The notes under the pieces are model-generated. The model searched no databases and was not told the origin of the DNA. It saw only the letters and a list, made by a program, of their open reading frames with translations. Below are positions 36,522-47,110 of a stretch of 64,000 bases of DNA, piece after piece. The DNA comes from a virus (lineage: Duplodnaviria > Caudoviricetes). Where the stretch lies: IMG/VR virus record IMGVR_UViG_3300007747_000009, positions 1-64,000 of that record. One strand, 5' to 3'. Position 1 is the first letter of the stretch; every line of letters starts with the position of its first letter. The position numbers and the translations under genes are program-made.

Positions 36522-37050
36522 TGAAGATTTAGAATTTGCAAAGAATTTATTAGCAATATGTAAAGCTACCAAAGAACAGACATTAGATAATAAAAGATTT
36601 AAAATAAATGAGACAAAGTACTGGATTGATTTAAGATTTTCTGCCCTAGAAGATAACGGTGATTACGATCCAAATAATGATGATGACGATGATGACGATT
36701 ATCATTATATAGTTTCAGTTGAACTTGATGGTACAGTAGGTGGTTATGATGGAGAAGATAAAAATTGTTCATATTATACAGAAGATGAATTAATGTTGGA
36801 ATACGGTGATACTGAAATTTTGATTGAAACAATAGAAAATTCATATTTTCGTGAAAAATTACCCACACCAACTGAATATACAGAAGAGATACATTTTCAG
36901 AATTCATTACTATATACAGAATTCCAGAACAGAATCTTATTGGTATGTTGGTATCTTCAGTTAGAAGAGAATAGGATTAACGATGTTTCAGTACTAACAA
37001 TTCCATTTAAAAATATGGAAAATGCAATTAAAATGTTATACGGGAGTTAA
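36508..37050 (+). CDS. FQ-motif tandem paralog
   Basis: MTTYNEDLEFAK...EEIHFQNSLLY. Confidence 0.8.
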   Translation: MTTYNEDLEFAKNLLAICKATKEQTLDNKRFKINETKYWIDLRFSALEDNGDYDPNNDDDDDDDYHYIVSVELDGTVGGYDGEDKNCSYYTEDELMLEYGDTEILIETIENSYFREKLPTPTEYTEEIHFQNSLLYTEFQNRILLVCWYLQLEENRINDVSVLTIPFKNMENAIKMLYGS

Positions 37051-37052
37051 CA

Positions 37053-37574
37053 ATGTCATCGTACATAGAAGATTTAGAGTACGCTAAAAAGATATTGAAT
37101 CTTTTGAATAAAATTAAAGATAAAAAAATAGTACACGAACAATTGTTTACACGAACATTAAATTATGGTATATCAAGGACTATAGAGTTTGCATATATTG
37201 TAAGTACTCATAGCACAGTTGTTAGTTTGACAATTGGCAACAGTCAAGACAATTCAACTACAGATTATGAATCGATATGTAATAAAACATCATTAATATT
37301 TGAGTACACTGACACTAAAATTTGGATATGTGACACTGACGATCCGGATATGGATCCAATATCAATGGATATCTTTGATGATTATAGTGAAGAAGTATAT
37401 TTTCAAAACTCACTTATATACTCAGATTTTGTTAACAGAATGTTGTTAATACATTCCTACCTTATGAACCCAACTAATCGTATTAAAGGTATAAGTATTT
37501 TTGAAATATCGTGGTCTAAGATGGATGATGTACTAAAAATTATAGATGAATTAGAGAATCAAAATGACTTATAG
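37053..37574 (+). CDS. FQ-motif tandem paralog
   Basis: MSSYIEDLEYAK...EEVYFQNSLIY. Confidence 0.8.
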   Translation: MSSYIEDLEYAKKILNLLNKIKDKKIVHEQLFTRTLNYGISRTIEFAYIVSTHSTVVSLTIGNSQDNSTTDYESICNKTSLIFEYTDTKIWICDTDDPDMDPISMDIFDDYSEEVYFQNSLIYSDFVNRMLLIHSYLMNPTNRIKGISIFEISWSKMDDVLKIIDELENQNDL

Positions 37575-38046
37575 AGAAGATTTAGAGTACGCAAAAAAGA
37601 TATTAAAATTATTACAAGAAACCAATAGTAATGGGTTTAAAGATATAACTAATCTAATGGTTACTGATAATAAAGATGAAAAATATCTTGTAAAACTTGA
37701 TACACGCAATGAAGATGTATTATCACTTTCAAAAAAAGATTCCAAAGATACAAGTAGATCTTCAGACAACTCTGTGTGTTGTACTGATAGTATTATAGTA
37801 GAATATGGAGATAGTTCTATTTGTATTACAGAAAATGATTTTGAGTCTTATATTGAGATTGATTATCCTATTGAGTACACAGAAGAGATACATTTTCAGA
37901 ATTCAACAATATATAACGAAAACCAAAATAGGTTAATTTTGTTGTGTTGGTATTTAAATTTAGAACAAAATAGATTACCGGGGATTATTATGTTTGATTT
38001 ATATTGTGATGCAGTTAATAATCTTCTCCTTGAATTGGGGTATTAA
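37564..38046 (+). CDS. FQ-motif tandem paralog
   Basis: MTYREDLEYAK...EEIHFQNSTIY. Confidence 0.8.
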   Translation: MTYREDLEYAKKILKLLQETNSNGFKDITNLMVTDNKDEKYLVKLDTRNEDVLSLSKKDSKDTSRSSDNSVCCTDSIIVEYGDSSICITENDFESYIEIDYPIEYTEEIHFQNSTIYNENQNRLILLCWYLNLEQNRLPGIIMFDLYCDAVNNLLLELGY

Positions 38047-38047
38047 A

Positions 38048-38563
38048 ATGACTTATAATGAAGATTTAGAGTACGCAAAGAATATTCATCGTCTGATAAA
38101 AGCACTAGTTGATAGCAGTGAAGACGAAGGATATAGTTTTATTAGATATGAGGTTAATAGTACTACTTATTCTAATTTTTATTACAAAGAGATAGTTGAA
38201 GGTGACGATCAAAAGATGTATTTTAGAAAGATATTAACTTACATCAATACACCTAATAATAATTTAGTAACTGATAGTACTGGTACTAATTATATTTCTT
38301 TAGAAGATAGATCTACAAGTTACGTGATTAATGTTTCTAAAAATTGTACACAAGAATATACATATAGTACAGAAACATGGAAATCTGAAGAGGAACACTT
38401 TCAAAATTCGTTGATCTATGATGATGATACGAATAGGAACATTTTAGTTATGAAGTACATTAAGGATCATTTTCCTTCTAATATGAAGTACTTAAGAATG
38501 CAACTTAACGAGCGTATTATCACAGAATTGTTCAAAAGGATACTACCGGATGTTATCGACTGA
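38048..38563 (+). CDS. FQ-motif tandem paralog
   Basis: MTYNEDLEYAK...EEEHFQNSLIY. Confidence 0.8.
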   Translation: MTYNEDLEYAKNIHRLIKALVDSSEDEGYSFIRYEVNSTTYSNFYYKEIVEGDDQKMYFRKILTYINTPNNNLVTDSTGTNYISLEDRSTSYVINVSKNCTQEYTYSTETWKSEEEHFQNSLIYDDDTNRNILVMKYIKDHFPSNMKYLRMQLNERIITELFKRILPDVID

Positions 38564-39158
38564 AACGGATATAATGCAGTACATTTATAAGATGGAAAAG
38601 GTATTGACTTTTTTGAATACCTTTGATACAAGTAAATGCAATACGTTATCTTATCCAATCAATGAAAAATTTGAGATACGCATTTCTTCGAGTGAATCGA
38701 ATCAACAATGGATTGAGATATTTAGACCAGATGTAACGGATAATGTCAATTCCCTTGACACAAGGGATGGATTGGGATATCATGTGATTAAGACCTACCC
38801 TAGTGGTCTTAGGAACATAGAAGTTATGTCATATTACAATGACGATTTCTATAATGAGTTTATGTTTCACGAATCGAAAAATAGTAGTTCATTAAGAACC
38901 ACGGTTGCCCATGAGATGAAGGATGAAATTATAGAGTTAGCACAGTACGATTTGAGTACAGAAGAGGGTAGATTTCAGCTTAGTTTAATGTACAGTTTAC
39001 AAGTTGTGAATATATTATCTATTCATCAATATTTTTACAACAAACAAGTACAACCTTTTAGCTGTTGGTTTCATAGTGAGTTCAATGAATTATATGAGGT
39101 ATTAGATGACAAATACAAATTTAGAATTAGCACAGAAGCTGAAGGTACTAACACATAA
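38550..39158 (+). CDS. FQ-motif tandem paralog
   Basis: EEGRFQLSLMY. Confidence 0.75.
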   Translation: MLSTETDIMQYIYKMEKVLTFLNTFDTSKCNTLSYPINEKFEIRISSSESNQQWIEIFRPDVTDNVNSLDTRDGLGYHVIKTYPSGLRNIEVMSYYNDDFYNEFMFHESKNSSSLRTTVAHEMKDEIIELAQYDLSTEEGRFQLSLMYSLQVVNILSIHQYFYNKQVQPFSCWFHSEFNELYEVLDDKYKFRISTEAEGTNT

Positions 39159-39669
39159 ATTTCATGCTAATCCAGATGTATTGTTTGAGTACTATAATCT
39201 TAAAATTCATAGTTGGGATCAGACCCTTGCTGCTGAGAACCAAATTCATATTTTACGCAATGCAGATTTACAAGTACTCATTAGTACAGGAGGGAAAGAT
39301 TCTAAAGAGTTGTGTAAGAGTTATATTTTATTGGATGGTTCACATATTATAAAGTACCCCGGACATTCAGAACATCCTAATAACAATGTATTACATGCAT
39401 TTGATAAGAAGAGTGATTTTTTCAATTTAAAAGACAATAGATATGATTTATCTATTCCACCGGAAAATGAAGAAGAGTTTTTGTTCCAGCAGAGTTTAGT
39501 ACTACCATCGTTTGTGTACGATTCATTTGAATTGATGTTGTATATACGTAGGACGACGAATTTACCGTTTATGGTAAATTTAAAATTATTGAATATCGAT
39601 GAGGCATTAGGGGTTTATGATGAACAAAAATATGGTATCAGTGAAGAAATTAATATTTTTAAGTTATGA
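39106..39669 (+). CDS. FQ-motif tandem paralog
   Basis: EEFLFQQSLVL. Confidence 0.75.
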   Translation: MTNTNLELAQKLKVLTHKFHANPDVLFEYYNLKIHSWDQTLAAENQIHILRNADLQVLISTGGKDSKELCKSYILLDGSHIIKYPGHSEHPNNNVLHAFDKKSDFFNLKDNRYDLSIPPENEEEFLFQQSLVLPSFVYDSFELMLYIRRTTNLPFMVNLKLLNIDEALGVYDEQKYGISEEINIFKL

Positions 39670-40198
39670 GATGCTAGCAAATTCAACGAAGGGTGAAAAG
39701 ATAGCTTTTTTAGCACAATCATTTTATGACAATCCAGAATTATTATGTAATACAATGGATTTTGAATATCATGATCATCACATGACGGATCAGTACGGGT
39801 ATGATGTTACCGGTCGTGAATTTTATGCTGCAATGAATAATGATACGGGTTCTATTATTATAAGTGTTGGTGAGTATCATAATAGTGAGGATATGAGCAG
39901 GTGGAAATTTGATCCATTCAAAAATGACATATTAACATTTCATACCAACCCGGATTGTAATGAATTTAATTATTCATATGAGACATTGGGACATAAAGAT
40001 GTATTTTATTTGGATGATGAATTATTTTCGAGTGAAGAGGGTTTATTCCAACAGAGTACAATATTGTGCGATGTAGCTTTTGAAACCCTAGAGATATATT
40101 TGCATTTACGCAGAGAATGCAGTATTCCGTTCAAGATGAATTTATCATTATTTGATTTAGATGCAGCAGTGAGGGTATATATAGATGCAGCTCAATAA
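39617..40198 (+). CDS. FQ-motif tandem paralog (start uncertain)
   Basis: EEGLFQQSTIL. Confidence 0.75.
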   Translation: MMNKNMVSVKKLIFLSYEMLANSTKGEKIAFLAQSFYDNPELLCNTMDFEYHDHHMTDQYGYDVTGREFYAAMNNDTGSIIISVGEYHNSEDMSRWKFDPFKNDILTFHTNPDCNEFNYSYETLGHKDVFYLDDELFSSEEGLFQQSTILCDVAFETLEIYLHLRRECSIPFKMNLSLFDLDAAVRVYIDAAQ

Positions 40199-40763
40199 CA
40201 TTCAAACATTTGGCGAATTGTGCGAGTACGTAGATGATGTAATTAAATTATTAGAATTATGTTACAATAACAGAACACATGAGATGTTAATCATTAATGG
40301 TGTAGTAAAATTTGGTGGTTATAACAACGGTATAGATTACAGATTTTCATTATTTGGACAGGAGTTTGGAGCATATTGTTTTTATAATTTAGATCCAGAT
40401 GATTATTCATGGGTTAATATTACAGAATGGAATAGGATTGATTATTACATTTTCAGACAAGAGAACATAGATTTCTTTGAAATGACCATGTTCGAAAAAC
40501 CAAAGACAACGGTATTAGGAAAAGAAAAGTGTGAATTTGATTTTTTGAATTTATCATCCTGTACAGAAGAGATGTATGAACAATTACAATACCTACATGA
40601 TCCTGAAATAGTAAAATCTATTATGATAATGAGTTTGTTTTACAGAAAAGGTCATAAACAGTTTGCGTTTTACGACCACACAAATTGTGATCCAAAGAAG
40701 ATGTACGATGCAATTAAGGATATGATTAATGAATTTCCATGCAACAAAGTTATTAGCGGATGA
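40185..40763 (+). CDS. FQ-motif tandem paralog (variant)
   Basis: CTEEMYEQLQYLH. Confidence 0.7.
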   Translation: MQLNNIQTFGELCEYVDDVIKLLELCYNNRTHEMLIINGVVKFGGYNNGIDYRFSLFGQEFGAYCFYNLDPDDYSWVNITEWNRIDYYIFRQENIDFFEMTMFEKPKTTVLGKEKCEFDFLNLSSCTEEMYEQLQYLHDPEIVKSIMIMSLFYRKGHKQFAFYDHTNCDPKKMYDAIKDMINEFPCNKVISG

Positions 40764-41307
40764 AATTATTGAGTTCAGTAGATTATGCAATATAATCAAG
40801 GACACGGTTATTCCAAGTACAGTTCAGTACGGACCTAATTCTGTACATAATTTTTTCTCTTCATCAGGTATGAGAATAGATCTAAGATTGTACAATGATG
40901 GTAGTATTGATTATGCGTTTAGTTATAGAGGTGCAAATTTTTGTACATGGGAACGAGTTGATGTTGCATTAAATCAACATGGTAATTCATATGTATATAA
41001 TTATTCTTCTTCATCGGGAAGTTATGTTGCTTTCAAGTACACAAATATGGGTTCAGATGAAATGGAATATATTGCAACCTACCAACCTATAGAAAATATT
41101 ACAATTCCTGTATTAAAATTATGTGAATGTACAGAAGAGATGTATGAACAATTACAATACCTTCACCCTAATGAGATAGTACATAGTCTTTTTATTGTAT
41201 CATTAATGCAGGCATATGGGGTTATTGGGATATTCAACACAAATACAGTTGAAGGTGATGATATGAATACAATTAATAAGAAATTGAGGATGGTACATGA
41301 CGCGTAA
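40729..41307 (+). CDS. FQ-motif tandem paralog (variant)
   Basis: CTEEMYEQLQYLH, identical to the previous gene. Confidence 0.7.
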   Translation: MNFHATKLLADEIIEFSRLCNIIKDTVIPSTVQYGPNSVHNFFSSSGMRIDLRLYNDGSIDYAFSYRGANFCTWERVDVALNQHGNSYVYNYSSSSGSYVAFKYTNMGSDEMEYIATYQPIENITIPVLKLCECTEEMYEQLQYLHPNEIVHSLFIVSLMQAYGVIGIFNTNTVEGDDMNTINKKLRMVHDA

Positions 41308-41758
41308 TGAATTTGATTATAATAAATCAAAAGAGTATTGTGAAAAAATATTATATATTATTAAAACGTATCCTAAAATTAGACAGAAGTTCATTGAACA
41401 TCCATATGAAGCCAGTAGCTCTTTATTTTATGCAAATATGGATGATCAAACATGGACATGGGATAGTATAGTATTTGATAAAAAATTCAATTTCGAGTAT
41501 TTTAACAATAAGAATCATTTTGTTATGTACGATGGTTGGGATGCTACATCCAATACCTATTGGACCCCTGAACAATTAGAGGATGAGGGATTTTTATTTC
41601 AGCAGTCTTTGGCGTTTGATTATCATATGATGTTTAGTATATGTTGTGTGTCGTGGTTACATGCAATGGAAATTAGCAATTTATATATAGTCTGTGATGT
41701 ATCGCCCGAAGATCTTCATATCATGTACCAAGACGCGGTGGTGTATAACAATGTATAG
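41297..41758 (+). CDS. FQ-motif tandem paralog
   Basis: EGFLFQQSLAF. Confidence 0.75.
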   Translation: MTRNEFDYNKSKEYCEKILYIIKTYPKIRQKFIEHPYEASSSLFYANMDDQTWTWDSIVFDKKFNFEYFNNKNHFVMYDGWDATSNTYWTPEQLEDEGFLFQQSLAFDYHMMFSICCVSWLHAMEISNLYIVCDVSPEDLHIMYQDAVVYNNV

Positions 41759-42395
41759 CCCTTTAATTAGAGTAGTAGATGCATTTGAGAAATGTACCAG
41801 TACAGAATTGAAGTTTAAAAGTTCTGTAAAAATTGGAAGTGTTAAGATCGACGGTAAAGAGTATGGTGTACGCATCAAGAAAGTATATGATAAAGCTGGA
41901 GAAAAACCGGGATATCGTTGTGAGTTGAAGATGGAAGTACCGACGAGTAGTGGTTTATTATATGTATCGATTGCAGATTTTATATCATATACGGAGTTCG
42001 AAGTAAACATGTCTCCGAGTTTATTATTTTCGGATAAGTTTTTAGGATGTTATGCATCCCCTGATTATAATTTTAAATCCCCGATGAAGATATCATGTGG
42101 AATTGATTTTATGTTAGAAGGTAATATTAGTACAGAAATGTATAATGCATTTGAGCGGGAATTATTCATGCATAACATTGCTTGCAGATCAGGTGAAGTA
42201 ATTGATGATGTGCTTATGTTAGATTTATATCAAATTATATTAGACCTTTTGAGTACACCTCATCGTGAGATTACGGGGTTGGAGTTATTACACACCACCG
42301 TTTACGTAAACAATTACACGAAGGTTAAGATACCGTACGATGCTATTGCTGAGTTGATTGAAGAATATAATCGTATATTTCAAAAGGATAAATAA
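41751..42395 (+). CDS. Hypothetical protein (array member uncertain)
   Basis: Start re-set to MYSPLI; no clear FQ motif. Confidence 0.65.
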   Translation: MYSPLIRVVDAFEKCTSTELKFKSSVKIGSVKIDGKEYGVRIKKVYDKAGEKPGYRCELKMEVPTSSGLLYVSIADFISYTEFEVNMSPSLLFSDKFLGCYASPDYNFKSPMKISCGIDFMLEGNISTEMYNAFERELFMHNIACRSGEVIDDVLMLDLYQIILDLLSTPHREITGLELLHTTVYVNNYTKVKIPYDAIAELIEEYNRIFQKDK

Positions 42396-42536
42396 ATGTT
42401 ATGCTTCGGGGGACATATGTGCCGGGGCATAAAAAAAATTCCGCTTCACAAGGTGTAAAATAAGGTTTAAGATAGTATATAAACGGGGCGACCGGGCGAC
42501 GGTGGCATGAGATTGGATTTTATATTGTAGGTATAT

Positions 42537-43106
42537 ATGTTATTAGCAGAATGTAGTAAGTATGATATTTTTAAGATGACCGAGGCATTAAAGATGTTTC
42601 ATGCTATATCGTACGATGTATCAGCTATTTCCAAAGCGAATAGATACTTTAAAAAGTTCCCCAAAATACATTGTACAATTGATTTATATGATAATATGGT
42701 AATTATGATGAATGATAAGTTCAGGGATGATAAATTCCTCTCTGAATCTATGATGGTATCATTTCGTAAATCCCCGAGTATAGCTGCGGGTAGAATTAAT
42801 CAACTACCCAAACATCAGTCAATTATAATTGAACACGCAGTGAATGAAAGTCTTTTTTTCGAAAACAAATTAATATTTTCTAGTGCTTCAGAAGTGCCAG
42901 TACTAGAGAATGAAGATGAACTATTTCAGAACCGTTTGTTGTATACTGAATCTGAACTTAATGCCATATATATCTACCACAACTTTGATGAAATTATAGT
43001 AGAAGCCGGATCCTATCTTAGGATTTGCGAAAAATATTATGATGATTTTATTAAACTCTATGACCATTTAGATGAACTAAGGGACTTGATGTATGATATC
43101 AAATGA
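42537..43106 (+). CDS. FQ-motif tandem paralog
   Basis: EDELFQNRLLY. Confidence 0.75.
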   Translation: MLLAECSKYDIFKMTEALKMFHAISYDVSAISKANRYFKKFPKIHCTIDLYDNMVIMMNDKFRDDKFLSESMMVSFRKSPSIAAGRINQLPKHQSIIIEHAVNESLFFENKLIFSSASEVPVLENEDELFQNRLLYTESELNAIYIYHNFDEIIVEAGSYLRICEKYYDDFIKLYDHLDELRDLMYDIK

Positions 43107-43680
43107 GGTTGTACTAACTTCTATAAAAATAAATGCACTAAAAGATATTATAAGAATTATGTTTGAAATGCATGAACAGCGTTTTGTTGTTGAAAAAAAT
43201 AATAATATTGTAACTCTAAGAAATAATGCAAATGGTTTTGGTAGATTCAGTACTGTAATATCTGCTGAAGATGAATGGTTTATTTTATCCATTCACAGTA
43301 CTGAAATAGATGAATCTCTACGAGAAGTATGTGCTACTATGGATGATACATGTAATGGTGGCACTGAAGATGATGGTTCGGTATATGGTTTTAATGCACG
43401 AGAAAAAGTAATAATTGATAAGAGAAATGGTTGTGCAGAAAAATATCCGATCTTAACAAATGTAGAAGATATTGATGCATTCCTATTTCAATCACAGACC
43501 ATATACAGTGATTCAGTTACTTTGGCATTATTAGTACAGTACCTTTCTTCAGGATTTATAAAAGAAAAAGTGTACTTATCATATAACATTTCTAAACTTT
43601 TAAAGATTAGTGAAGACGATCTAGATAAAGTACTGAATTTTATTAGTCACATTTGGGAGGATAATAAAATTGTATGCTGA
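43093..43680 (+). CDS. FQ-motif tandem paralog
   Basis: DAFLFQSQTIY; shares FSTVxxAEDxWFxLSxH with the next gene. Confidence 0.75.
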   Translation: MISNEVVLTSIKINALKDIIRIMFEMHEQRFVVEKNNNIVTLRNNANGFGRFSTVISAEDEWFILSIHSTEIDESLREVCATMDDTCNGGTEDDGSVYGFNAREKVIIDKRNGCAEKYPILTNVEDIDAFLFQSQTIYSDSVTLALLVQYLSSGFIKEKVYLSYNISKLLKISEDDLDKVLNFISHIWEDNKIVC

Positions 43681-44267
43681 GTGTTAATAAGATAGAAAAA
43701 TTGATTAGCTTATGTAAGTTACTAATTAAATTTCATTTGGATAGAAAAATTATTAATATACCTATTAATCCAGATTTTCGACTATCAAATCATGGTTGGG
43801 ATAATAGTAATCCTTTAGATTGTTCAAAATTCAGTACAGTAGTGTATGCAGCGGAAGATCAGTGGTTTATGTTATCAGTACATGATTATGCTAACGGAAG
43901 TGATTCTGATACTATTTCTTCAATTAATTTTAATAATAATAAAGAGATAAACGGTTCAATACAGTCAAGTTCGATAAATGCAGAAGAAGTTATATTGGAT
44001 AATAGAAATTGGACTCAGCATTCTTTGTTATCTACATTTGATAATTTAGATTCACAACTATTCCAATTACAGACTATACATGATGATCATATTATCTTGG
44101 CTATGCTTATTCAGTACTATATGTATAACCATTTAAATGATAATTATTACATATCATACAATACTACAAAGATTATAGATTTTGATGATGATGAATTTGA
44201 TAACATGTGTGATAATATCAAAGACGTATATGAGAGGTATGATGATTATATCAAAGGAGCAAACTAA
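43674..44267 (+). CDS. FQ-motif tandem paralog
   Basis: DSQLFQLQTIH. Confidence 0.75.
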   Translation: MLSVNKIEKLISLCKLLIKFHLDRKIINIPINPDFRLSNHGWDNSNPLDCSKFSTVVYAAEDQWFMLSVHDYANGSDSDTISSINFNNNKEINGSIQSSSINAEEVILDNRNWTQHSLLSTFDNLDSQLFQLQTIHDDHIILAMLIQYYMYNHLNDNYYISYNTTKIIDFDDDEFDNMCDNIKDVYERYDDYIKGAN

Positions 44268-44772
44268 ATCATTAGTACAGTTACTTAGAATGTGCTGTAT
44301 AATGGTTGGAAAATGTCAATCGCATGTAAGTGAGACACTTAGGATTGGTAAAACCGAAATAAAAATTAACAATAAAAATATATCAGTATACCATGATGGA
44401 TTACATGTTTTAGTACTTTCAGCATCACCACATTTTTCAATCCCGTATAGGTTTGCTTTTACTGAAGGTATTAATTTTTGTTTATTCTATTGTACTGAAA
44501 AAAATAATTCAGTGGGTGAATTACACAAAAGAGATGGTACGGTTGTTAAAATTGAATTACAAGAAAAATACAGTTCAGAAGATTGGGATGGAGCGGCTTT
44601 TCAGAACAGTACAATGTATGATGGCATGATCCCGAATTTTATCATGATCGAGCCGTATATTTCTGAGGTATTAAAAGATCAATGGAATTTAAAATTGTAT
44701 ACAATTTCAGAGAGTTGGGTAGATTTACCATTTGATGAGATGTACGATAATTTATATTTTTTGGATTATTGA
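44239..44772 (+). CDS. FQ-motif tandem paralog
   Basis: DGAAFQNSTMY; GAGG RBS. Confidence 0.7.
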   Translation: MMIISKEQTKSLVQLLRMCCIMVGKCQSHVSETLRIGKTEIKINNKNISVYHDGLHVLVLSASPHFSIPYRFAFTEGINFCLFYCTEKNNSVGELHKRDGTVVKIELQEKYSSEDWDGAAFQNSTMYDGMIPNFIMIEPYISEVLKDQWNLKLYTISESWVDLPFDEMYDNLYFLDY

Positions 44773-44828
44773 CTTGACTTAGGGCGGTGTACATGTTACA
44801 CTGCCCTTTCTATTTTAAGGAGATTTGT

Positions 44829-45425
44829 ATGAAAAAACGAGAACTAGAAATCCTAAACATCACTAAGTTAATCGATCAAGTCTTTGATGATATTATTAAT
44901 CGCAACGATAATGGATTAATAATTGGAAACTTTATAATTAAAAAACTTATGAAGAAAGGTGAAAAAGGATTTGAGTATGATGGTATTTCTATTTCACAAA
45001 TAGCCAGATGGAGTGTTAATGCTTATACAGTACTAGAATTTTTCAGATGTAGTGATGAAGACAACAAATACCAATCCAATAGTGAAAGTACTGGTGACCG
45101 TTACACCATCGATATTCGTAGTAATTATTGTGTAATTGAATATCAACACGAATACGAATTCTATAGTGATTTTGTTATTGCACAAGATGATATTCCATAT
45201 GACAGTACTGCATCAGTAGAAGAACGCAAAATGAGTGTTGATATAGCTATCGATAATGTTATGCTTAATGAATTTATGCATGAGGTTATTGAATTTCAAA
45301 GTTCAGGGTTGAAGAATATAAACATAATAAAATATAAACATAATTTAGGTGAAATAGATTTTATGCGGGAAGGTTTATACCAACAAATGATCAAACGTCC
45401 ATACTTTAAAAGGTTGATAAAATGA
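44829..45425 (+). CDS. Hypothetical protein (array member uncertain)
   Basis: TAAGGAG RBS; start MKKREL. Confidence 0.7.
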   Translation: MKKRELEILNITKLIDQVFDDIINRNDNGLIIGNFIIKKLMKKGEKGFEYDGISISQIARWSVNAYTVLEFFRCSDEDNKYQSNSESTGDRYTIDIRSNYCVIEYQHEYEFYSDFVIAQDDIPYDSTASVEERKMSVDIAIDNVMLNEFMHEVIEFQSSGLKNINIIKYKHNLGEIDFMREGLYQQMIKRPYFKRLIK

Positions 45426-46069
45426 ATCATCACAGTTTAGTACAGCATTATAAAATTCTAAAGCATATGGCTAATCTTTCTGAGGTGATGTTTAACAATG
45501 GTAAAAATCCAGACATAGCCAAAAGAATGAAATGGGACATATATGAAACTGATGATGACACCTATCGTGTGTTGTTTGATAAAACAACCAGTTTATTTGA
45601 GTTAATCAGAATACACAAAAGTTCAGGTTATAAACTTGCTAATACTAGTATTACTAATACCGTTTTATCTTATGTTAATAATTATATTTACAGTGGGGCA
45701 AGTAATGGTAGTAGTTTTGGATTAAGATTAAATTGTCGTGAAAAAGATATAATTTATGTCACACCAGATAACCGTTCTAAAATTGATCTTTCTATATTAC
45801 CAGATACAGTACTTGAATTATTAGAAAGAGATTGTTATGAAGAATTAGAATTCCAATACAGTACTTTATACAATTTCGAAGGGCAATCATTTCAACTGTA
45901 TTGCATTTATAGCCTTTTGTCACATGCAGATAATATTCATACATTTCCGGTTCCGGGTTATTATGTAAACATTGATTTAGTAAAACGTGTTTATGAAAGT
46001 GATATTGACGAAGTTGAATCAGCATTGTATAATTTATTACAAAAAACCATTAAGGATTTATCATGTTAA
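45422..46069 (+). CDS. FQ-motif tandem paralog
   Basis: EELEFQYSTLY. Confidence 0.75.
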   Translation: MNHHSLVQHYKILKHMANLSEVMFNNGKNPDIAKRMKWDIYETDDDTYRVLFDKTTSLFELIRIHKSSGYKLANTSITNTVLSYVNNYIYSGASNGSSFGLRLNCREKDIIYVTPDNRSKIDLSILPDTVLELLERDCYEELEFQYSTLYNFEGQSFQLYCIYSLLSHADNIHTFPVPGYYVNIDLVKRVYESDIDEVESALYNLLQKTIKDLSC

Positions 46070-46596
46070 AAGTTCGCTTTAAAATTTTATCCCTTTTAGA
46101 GGATATTTTAAAACATCTACAATTTAATTCGATTACTGATTTCACTCATAATATTGGCAATGATCATGTAGTTACCAGTCGTAATACTGAAAATGGTGGA
46201 CACATAATTTCCATTTATTCATATAAAGATATGCTTCAAAAATATAGTTTAGATACTGGTGTAGAAAGTGAAATTGTATATGGTGTAATTACTATTCCAC
46301 AACTATGTTTAGTTTTATCAATCACTAAATGTGAAGAACTAATACTACCCAATAAGGGTACTATTGCAATCCGAAATGATATAAATTTGAATACAGATGC
46401 TGAGTCTACTTTATTCCAGTTGAGTACAATTTATGATGACACTATACTTACAGCACTTGCACTTGTATCACATTTTAAACACCATTCAGTACTACCTTTA
46501 TTGAATTTGGGTTTTTCGTGTTATGCAGATGATGAAGATGAATTGAACAAGGTCATTACTGATTTAGAATCCATAAAGGAGAAGTTATATGAGTGA
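46063..46596 (+). CDS. FQ-motif tandem paralog
   Basis: ESTLFQLSTIY. Confidence 0.75.
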   Translation: MLKVRFKILSLLEDILKHLQFNSITDFTHNIGNDHVVTSRNTENGGHIISIYSYKDMLQKYSLDTGVESEIVYGVITIPQLCLVLSITKCEELILPNKGTIAIRNDINLNTDAESTLFQLSTIYDDTILTALALVSHFKHHSVLPLLNLGFSCYADDEDELNKVITDLESIKEKLYE

Positions 46597-47110
46597 TATT
46601 ATTAGTACTTTTATGCAACGTGTAGTTAACTTACATAAATCAAAAACACTATCACGAGGGAGTCATATTAAATTTTTTAATAGCAAACATATTATTTTCA
46701 TTTACAAAGATAAAGTTGAGTTCCGGGAAAAGAGTAATAATTTATGCAGATTAGCAATTGCGTTTTCTATGCGTGGGGAAGATAAAGCTAATAACTCCCG
46801 TGAGTTCGGAGGGGATGTTAGTTACTTATTCAAATCTAACTACAAACAAACTATTACCATTTACGATAATTCTGGAAGTTTTGAGATTGACATTCCACGC
46901 TTCAATGACAATGAAGAAGAACTACTCTTTACCCTCAGTACTTTGAGTAATTCGGCTTTGTCTATTTTAATGTCATCAATTCTATTGACAATGGACACTG
47001 CGTTGAATACAGTATACTCATATGGTCTTCAGAACGAGGATCTTGAATCATTTAGTGAAATCATGGGGATGGCAGAAGAATGGAATACCAAAATTACACA
47101 AATCTATTAA
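46589..47110 (+). CDS. FQ-motif tandem paralog (variant)
   Basis: EELLFTLSTL. Confidence 0.7.
   Translation: MSDIISTFMQRVVNLHKSKTLSRGSHIKFFNSKHIIFIYKDKVEFREKSNNLCRLAIAFSMRGEDKANNSREFGGDVSYLFKSNYKQTITIYDNSGSFEIDIPRFNDNEEELLFTLSTLSNSALSILMSSILLTMDTALNTVYSYGLQNEDLESFSEIMGMAEEWNTKITQIY

Noticed and set aside
33122-38563. The FQ motif (ExxYFQ) looks like the TEV protease site ENLYFQ/S
   Set aside because: No such protease is seen, Y is not conserved across members, and the motif extends into a conserved helix. Probably coincidental.
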